This document shows positions 51,401 to 64,000 of a stretch of 64,000 nucleotides of DNA, piece by piece. Source of the stretch: Lingula anatina. Lineage: Eukaryota; Animalia; Brachiopoda. The position numbers were made by a program, and so were the translations under genes. The notes beneath the pieces are model-generated. The model was not told the origin of the DNA, made no database searches, and worked only from the letters and a program-made list of their open reading frames with translations. How positions within the stretch are numbered: position 1 is the stretch's first letter; every line of letters starts with the position of its first letter. The stretch lies in assembly GCA_051362555.1 (NCBI GenBank), contig CM120640.1, positions 46,726,788 through 46,790,787 of the forward strand, written 5' to 3'.

Positions 51401-52992
51401 TCTTCTGGCACGCTTTGGGGCCCTGGAAGAGGTGGTCTTCTGCAGGTACACCAAGCAGATCCTGGAGGGGGTGGAGTACCTTCATGCCAATAATGTCATT
51501 CACAGGTCAGTGGTTTGGACAGTGCAAGATACATAGCAACTGACTTTCTTTCAGTATGTAATGTGCTTTTCAAGTGAAGTTGCTCCATATTGACTATCAC
51601 TGCAATCCCTGTACAGTTTATAAACATAGAAAGTTTGTCTATAAACATGTGACTTTTATGTGGTGCATTGAACAAGAGAGGGATGAGACTGGTCTGCTGG
51701 TCTGCTGTTATCGTATGTTTTGTGAGGGTGTGGTCAATTACATTGTAACTTGACTGGAAAAGTGCCTATAGAAAGAATTTCACTGTTGCAGACCAGTGAT
51801 ATACTAGACTTTTTCAACCTTATTACTTCAACAGAAAATGATGTAGCTTAAAACAATTAAAAAAAATTAAGTTGAATGGATTTCCATTTTAGGGACATCA
51901 AGGGAGCAAACATCATGTTGATGCCTAATGGTATCATCAAGCTTATAGACTTTGGATGTGCTAAGAGGTTGTGTATCAATCTCAGCATGAGTCAGACACA
52001 AATACTCAAATCCATGAAGGGGACACCATATTGGATGGCTCCAGAGGTGGTCACTGAGACAGGACATGGAAAGAAATCTGATATATGGTACACATTTAGT
52101 GTAATTTAAGGTTAAATCCATTTGGTAGATTGTGGTACCTTTATCTGGCAGTTTAAAAAGAATGATTAAGCACCTAGTTATTTGTTTGAAAATAAGGCTT
52201 TTGTATTTTAACTTTCTATGTATCTCTGCTACTTTCATTGACAGCAAAATTCCATTTTAGGAGTATTGGGTGTACAGTGTTTGAGATGGCCACCAGAAAA
52301 CCTCCATGGTAAGTAATGATGACACTATCACCTGCCATCTGACCATGCTCTAATAAAGATTTGATTCTATTACTTATGTCCATTTCATAAAAGAAAAATG
52401 TTGTTGTGAATTATAATTTTTTTGAGTAAGAAATTAGACTGAAGAATGTCCATGGTTTGGTATAGTTTTACTGATGCATGGTGGTGTTTTCAGGTCAGAG
52501 ATGGCACCCATGGCAGCCATATTTGCTATAGGCTCAGATAAGCCAGTCCCCGAGTTACCTGCCACATTTAGTGAGGAAGCAAGAGAGTTTGTGAAAATGT
52601 GCATGTTAAGGTAAATTTGTTTTAACCAAGCAATACTTATGTCTGTTGTCCCACCTTTCCATTTATTTTATTTGTTCCTTGTTTTACATTTAAGCTTGTC
52701 AAACTCCTTTACCAAGATTCTTTAGAATGATTTTATGAGTGGGTTTCTGAGAAGGGTTTACCTCAACTAGTGTCCACTGAAGTGTTTTGATAACACAGAT
52801 TTAGATCCCACCATTAGTCTACGTAATTTGGATTTGATTAAGATGTATTTTAACCACACTTAATCTATTAACAATAAATACTGTATAATATTTCTAAATA
52901 CCCAACAAAAATTAATTTCCAGAGATCAAGATCTTCGTTGGGATGCATCAGCACTGCTGCAACACATTTTCATCACCAAGAAAAAGAAATAA
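31794..52992 (+). CDS. MAP3K19: Ankyrin-repeat-containing MAP3K19 (YSK4)-like STE11-family serine/threonine kinase, ~2684 aa
   Basis: 23 phase-consistent GT-AG exons: 31794-32048, 36743-36871, 38071-38259, 38945-39105, 39508-39623, 39911-40050, 40407-40679, 40958-41009, 41383-41488, 41991-42205, 42490-42589, 42882-43006, 43374-43541, 43853-44004, 44264-49087, 49357-49518, 49768-49893, 50293-50444, 51326-51505, 51893-52087, 52261-52308, 52494-52610, 52923-52992 (8055 nt). Ankyrin motifs GNTPLIWAAKRGH, GLTPLLL, GKNPLHYA, NTPIHCA, GATPLH. Kinase motifs WKKGNVLGKGAFGTVWCGLT..GELIAVKQ, EKEYEKIQEEVDLLKTLKHKNIV, HRDIKGANIMLMPNGIIKLIDFGCAKRL, SMKGTPYWMAPEV, KSDIWSIGCTVFEMAT closely match MAP3K19. Confidence 0.85.
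32443..32669 (+). mobile_element. PIF/Harbinger (Tourist-like) MITE, copy 1
   Basis: TTA target-site duplication (32440-32442 and 32670-32672). Imperfect TIRs GAGTGCATTCCCA / TGGGAATGGGGTC. A second, inverted copy is at 41703-41927. Confidence 0.8.
33363..33407. repeat. (TAT)n microsatellite
   Basis: About 14-15 tandem TAT units seen directly. Confidence 0.9.
36974..37453 (-). mobile_element. Direct-repeat-bounded element (88-bp repeats, 304-bp core); possible TRIM, Ngaro or Penelope-type remnant
   Basis: 36974-37061 and 37366-37453 differ at one position. Each contains AATAAA on the minus strand. The core holds two CAGTTACACGTGACCA copies and a CCAAT box and is CpG-rich relative to its flanks. 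Confidence 0.55.
38780..38805. repeat. (AG)n microsatellite
   Basis: About 13 AG units seen directly. Confidence 0.85.
41703..41927 (-). mobile_element. PIF/Harbinger (Tourist-like) MITE, copy 2 (inverted relative to copy 1)
   Basis: Reverse complement of 32443-32669 with scattered differences. TAA TSD at 41700-41702 and 41928-41930. Confidence 0.8.
42395..42449. repeat. Perfect 26-bp inverted repeat (3-nt loop)
   Basis: TATAAAATGGCATGTATATTGAATAT-TTT-ATATTCAATATACATGCCATTTTATA. Confidence 0.85.
50748..51291. mobile_element. PIF/Harbinger-type MITE with ~150-bp TIRs inside a kinase-domain intron
   Basis: Termini GAGCGCATTCTCA...TGAGAATGCGCTC. TAA TSD at 50745-50747 and 51292-51294. Arms ~50748-50901 and ~51129-51291 are nearly perfectly complementary. 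CpG-rich within a CpG-poor gene body. Confidence 0.88.
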
Positions 52993-54402
52993 ACTGATCA
53001 TGGACAAAAGATTATTTATTTCAGCTTAACTGCAGTTAAGCTTATTGAACATGTTACATAAATGACAATGCCAGTAAACCAATGTTGGAAAACTAGATCA
53101 TTTTCATGATTTTATATTGAAGTCTTTCAAGTAGATTTTTACATATACTTGAAAATATGAATTAACTGATCTATATACAGCTACCCATATACTGATTTAT
53201 ACAGGTTTTATCTGTATTGATTTATACAGGACTATACCAAGTGCATTAAATAAGGAAGGGATTTAATTGTGTTTAAAAACAAAGCATATTCGCCCCACAG
53301 TATTATACCCAATTTAATTGTTATTTGTGTTATTAAACAAAGAACACAAGTAAACACCAAGGTTTTGCCATAAGTTAAAAGGGTAAAATCAACAAAATTT
53401 AATATGAAAAGAGTCATTTACTAATTTAGTAAAATTATTAATTTTTTTCATGTAGTCCCATAATGGTTGTGACGAAGGTTGTGCTTATTTACAATGGTGT
53501 ATTTCAAATGTGAAAAGGAAATTGGTTATTAGCTGGGCCAAACAATATCTTGCATGTTATATTACTTTGTGAACTTAATAGTTTTTCTCAGTGAGATTGC
53601 TTGCCAGCTGTAAAAAGAAAATAATAAAACTTTTAATAGTTTACTAAAAAGCTTTAGAAAAGTAGGGCAATTGAAAAAACTGGTGAAAAAAAGCAAAATG
53701 TTCCTTAAGAGACTTCACATTATTTTTACTCACCCTTTATTTATCACTTGTCAAGTCTCTTTAGAAATGATTTACTTTTCCACCATATGCAAAAGACAAC
53801 AAAAAACCTATTTGCTGGACTTTAAAAAAATATGTTGATAGATAGGTTTGATATCATATTATTTTATAATTTCAGGCAGCCAGTATTTATGTAGTTATAC
53901 GTGTTGTTTTTTATTATTAATTTTAAAGTATTATTTATTTTTAAGTGCATCTTCCAGCACAATGGTAAGGTCTGTAAATAATGACTTATAATTTTTTTGC
54001 ACTAATTATGTGAAATGTTATTTTAATCTCATTCAAGGGAAGTTGAGAAGCACTTCAAACCTGATCACTAAGATGTGGCCAGTAGTTGCCTTTTAATTGT
54101 ACAAGCCTTATAACTAGACTCGAGCAATATTTGCTGTAGATAATTATAAGAGACAATCACATCAAAATGCAAAGGCCACACTTGTACTTTTGAAAGAAAT
54201 AATTTTTCATAAAAATGTTGCCTTATGCATTTGCTTCATTGTAATTAAGAATAATGGTCTTCCTGATGACAATTAATATTTATATGAACTGTACCATATC
54301 AAGAAGAATTTTGAGGTGAAGTGTACTGATGTGCATGGTTGAAGTTTTGTAGTTTTTTTACTGTGAAGTATATTAAACAAATGCACATTTCATATAAAAA
54401 AC

Positions 54403-54444
54403 AATAAAAAGCTGAAATGTGAAACTAAAATGAGTATTTTTATT
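54403..54444. terminator. Candidate convergent polyadenylation signals of the MAP3K19-like gene (+) and Greatwall (-)
   Basis: AATAAA on plus at 54403-54408 and AATAAA on minus at 54444-54439, between the two stop codons. Other AATAAA hexamers also occur in this interval. Confidence 0.35.
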
Positions 54445-55203
54445 ATAGTTTTCATGATAATGTACCCACCACCATAATGATATTTCTCTGAAATTAATAG
54501 ATTTGTAATTTCAAATGGCACCAATGCAAATGAATTAAAAACTTCCAAAAGTATTAATAAATAAGACAGCAGAGATAATTTATAAGAAAATTGTAATATG
54601 ACAAACTAAAATGTACTGACATAGTGGTTTCTCAAATATCACAAAGAATATCAGTTAAGTAAGCAGCAGCTATATCTTCAAAAATTGTTGCTGTAGATAT
54701 ACAAAATAAACCTCGGCATTGAAAAATAAAAAGACCCTTGGAATGCAGATCAATATTTAGCAAACAACCATAATTTTTTCAACCCAGTATTTTGGTGAAT
54801 TGACACAAATCTTATTAGAAAGAATAAGTTTGCTTAAAAAACATTACTTCCCAAAAATTGATTGAAATACATACTGACATCATTCTAATAACATTTGTCA
54901 GAAATATCAAATATTGCACAACCTTATTTTTATTAAGGGAAGATCAATTTGCACTTCAGTATCTTGGCATTGCTAGGTTTTTTAAAGTTGGTAATTCTAT
55001 AATTTCTCCACCAGTTCTATCTATGGCAACTAAGTAACAAAAATATGCTAAGAAATAATTTAAATACACCACAACCAATGCTGTAATATACAGTTATTTT
55101 CTGACAATTCTGTATAATATAAAGTTTCAAATCTCTTGTACAACAATATACAAAAATATGTTGTGCTACCAATAGAAAATGTCACCACTTGGCAGAGAGC
55201 CAT

Positions 55204-60996
<5,793 letters not shown>

Positions 60997-61490
60997 CTGA
61001 AATAATACTGCTGATAGTGAAAATAATAACTAAATCAAAAAACCCATATCAAACTGAATGATACAGAATCATGAATGGTTAAATCGTGGCAAAATTTTGC
61101 AATCTTCAGTAAAATTCTAGGACAGCATAACAAAAAATCTGGACAGCATATCTTTTCATAATTGATATGATATGTACTATATTTAAAAAACCGATTTCAA
61201 AACATGCAAAAAAAAAAAACAAGGCAGCAAAGCTGTCAAATGTACAGACAAAAAGCAGGAAATAACTATGCACAAAATAGGCTACTGTCAATTCTGATGC
61301 AAAAGTACATTATGTTAAACTGTAAACTCAACATCAAATTTTAATTATGCTCAACAGGTAATACCAATGAAAGTAAAATGTGTAACAAGCATAAGGCTTC
61401 AGGCCCATGAGAGTTCAAGTTCACACTTTGAAAATGTATAACTTCCAGAAAAAAGAAGCCAATTAGACTGCTTTTCCAACTCAGGCTGCA

Positions 61491-61830
61491 TGCCGATTTT
61501 TGAACTTGACCTCCGTTTTAGTAAGATCGATTACTCCTGAGAGTTTCAAGACAACAGGCCTATCGGTTTTCCTTGAAATGTGTTTACAGTGTTGCATATA
61601 TGTTTAAAAGTGAAAGAAAAAAGCATAACTTCTACAATAATGGCCCGATCATCCTGATTTTCGAACTTGACCTGCGTTTTATGAATATTCATCAGCTCTT
61701 TAAATATAAAGCCCAAAAGTACAACTGTCTTCCACTTATCGTGTTTACAATGAAAGTGCAAGGTGTCGGCAACGGCGATGACAGCGACGACAGACGCAGG
61801 TGATGGCAATATGTACAGACACATCTGTAC
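61491..61830. repeat. Helentron/HINE-like fragment with ~160-bp core repeat
   Basis: GAACTTGACC recurs at ~61502 and ~61663. The fragment ends in a GAC/GGC-rich microsatellite followed by GTGATGGCAATA, an organisation typical of mollusc HINE/pearl-like elements. Confidence 0.55.
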
Positions 61831-62459
61831 ATATTTACTGTACTGTTTGAGAACAGTAAGTGACATGGTTTTTCTTAAATGGTCATCATGGGAGCAGTGC
61901 CCAAAATAGGTTTTTTTCAAATTTTGATGCAATATTACATAATGTTTAACAGCATAATGACCATCAATTTTTAAGAATAAAATATTAGTATCATGGATAT
62001 TCAGAAAATATGACTAGCAAAGGTCTTCAGGCCCATGGAACTTCAAAGCCACAACTTGAAAATGCCAAAATGTAAACAAGACAGCACTGTTCTGAAATGG
62101 GTTTATTTCCATTTTTAACATAAAACAAAATTAACAGTTTACTGCCATTTTTATATGATCAACTAAGAAAATTGATGAGATGGGAAAAATATCAATAGAA
62201 TAGTGTTAAATGTCCAATTTCTTCCATTCTGAGATTCTGAACATAGTGAATGATTCAATCTGACAAACTGCAATGATATGAGTTTATTTCCATTTTTGAA
62301 ACTTTATTACACAATACACAATAACAAGTTTAACATCATTTTTACAAAATCAACTAACAATGTTGTAAAGATGCAGGAAATGTCAAAAAAACACTTTTAC
62401 GTATCTTATTAGTTTAATAATGAGACTGTTAACATGACTAATAATTGAATCTAAGGAAA

Positions 62460-62785
62460 TGTAAAAAACAGCATAACTTCTAAAATAATGGCCCGATTAT
62501 GCTGATTTTTGAACTTAACCTGCGTTTTAGCAGGATTGACCACTCCTGTGAGTTTTATGACAATTGGGCTTTCTGTTTTTCTTATATTGTGTTTACAGTG
62601 TTGCATATATGCTGAACAATGAAAAAACCGCATAACTACTAAAATAGTGGCCCGATCATGCTGATTTTCAAACTTGACCTGCGTTTTAGTAAGATTGATT
62701 ACTCCTGTGAGTTTCATAACAACAGGCCTAACGGTTTTCCTTAAAATGTGTTTACAAGGTTGCATATAAGCTGAAAAGTGAAACA
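62460..62785. repeat. Two tandem ~160-bp units of the same core repeat
   Basis: GCATAACT..TGGCCCGAT..GAACTT(G/A)ACCTGCGTTTTAG..ACTCCTGTGAGTTT..TGTGTTTACA..TTGCATATA is repeated with a period of ~159 bp and matches 61491-61690. Confidence 0.75.
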
Positions 62786-63334
62786 AGGCAGCAAAGCTGT
62801 CAAATGTACAGACAAAAAACAGAAAATAAAGATGCAAAATAGGTCATTTTGTCAATTTTGATGCAATAATAAATAATGCTTATAATAGCACTGTCAGTCA
62901 ACACTGAATTTTAATCATGCACAACAGGTACCATGGTCAATAACAGGAGCGAACCCAGAGATATTTTCTGACAGTATTCCAAAGTATCTATGTTGATCCA
63001 TCCTCCATTTTTATGGTCTTCCAACAGAAAAAAATAGATACCAGTCAATATAAACTTAATAACCTGACCGTCTTCCGGAAGACCCTGAAGATGGTCTCAA
63101 TCCACCCCTTCAGTAAGATTAGTTTCAGGACCATGAGAGTTCAAATTCTCATGATGAAAGTCTCAATATTTGAAAAATGATGACAGTGCATAAAATAATA
63201 TTACATAATGTTTAAAGACATAAAAAACAATACAACTGCTTATGTGGAAATATAGAAAATGTGCAGAGCCTCAGGCAGATGAGAGTTAAAAGTCACAAAT
63301 GCCACTGTTTGAGAAAAAATTAAAAAGGAAAACA

Positions 63335-63557
63335 AAACTAGAAAAGCACTCCAAGAGCGCAAACCTCTGCCAAGACAGCAATTGTTGATTATTATTGATT
63401 GATTATTGATCCGGACCACCACCAAAAACTAATCATTGTCCTCCTTGCCCACTTCTGACAGTTCCTGAAAATTTCATCAAAATCGGTCCGTAACTTTTTG
63501 AGTTATGTTGATGACAGACAAACAGGGGTGAAAACATAACCTCTTTGGCAGAGGTAA
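63335..63557. mobile_element. Non-autonomous Helentron-associated interspersed element (HINE/DINE-1-like)
   Basis: Starts AAACTAGAAAAGCACTC. Subterminal inverted repeats ACCTCTGCCAA (63363-63373) and TTGGCAGAGGT (63545-63555). 3' hairpin ACCTC..GAGGT. Internal GATCCGGACCACCACCAAAA..GAAAATTTCATCAAAAT..AACTTTTTGAGTTAT and a GACA-type microsatellite. Confidence 0.7.
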
Positions 63558-64000
63558 ATATAATTCCAATGATGCTGCCATTCAAACTTTTAATCTTTTT
63601 TGATATATATATTTTTCACTAAAATGTATAACTTCCAGAAAAAGAAGCCAATTAGACTGCTTTTCCAACTCAGGCTGCATTTTAGTCCTGTGTTTCTTTT
63701 TTGAAAGTTTGACAGTCATAAGTAACACGGTTTTCCCATAATGGTCATCATGGCAAGCAGCACCAAAAATTGTGTTTTCTTCTATTTTGATGCAACATTA
63801 CATAATGCTTAACAGCATAATGACCATCAATTTTTAATAATAATATATACGTATCATGGATTTTCAGAAAATGTGACTAGCATGGGTCTTCAAGCCCGTG
63901 GAAGTTCTAAGTCACACCTTGAAAATGCCAATATGTGTAAAATTAAATTTTCACAAAAAACTGTTTAACTGCCAGAAAAATTTACCAAACAGACTACATT

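Noticed and set aside
61546-62837. ORFs 61546-61932 and 62451-62837 with internal repeats
   Set aside because: Translations of the 160-bp DNA repeat. They do not encode the missing Greatwall N-lobe.
63080-63130. Possible hammerhead ribozyme (CTGAAGA core); CTGATGA at ~29530 and ~30900 also examined
   Set aside because: No correctly placed GAAA with closing helices could be built.

Overview
AT-rich, intron-containing animal genomic DNA. The repeat types and mosaic CpG pattern suggest a marine invertebrate such as a mollusc or other lophotrochozoan (inference). From left to right: (i) a 5'-truncated L2/Crack-type LINE 3' fragment (1-~882, minus); (ii) two tandem 10-exon genes (minus; 1992-9492 and 10397-17313), each encoding a 909-aa GH20 beta-N-acetylhexosaminidase of the four-domain bacterial chitobiase type, with a signal peptide and a GPI-like C-terminal signal; (iii) a 23-coding-exon gene (plus; CDS 31794-52992, probable non-coding first exon at ~20041-20102) encoding a ~2684-aa protein with N-terminal ankyrin repeats, a very long disordered region and a C-terminal MAP3K19/YSK4-like kinase; (iv) the 3' ten exons of Greatwall/MASTL kinase (minus; 55204-60996, 5' end outside the window), convergent with the MAP3K19-like gene. 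Introns carry Harbinger-type MITEs, a long-TIR element, a direct-repeat element and Helentron/HINE-like repeats. All gene models were built by hand from GT-AG sites and phase continuity; none has transcript support. I found no clearly new multi-gene system. The best leads are the GPI-type chitobiase pair with exon-restricted homogenisation, the ankyrin-MAP3K19 architecture, and a phase-matched candidate microexon in Greatwall.
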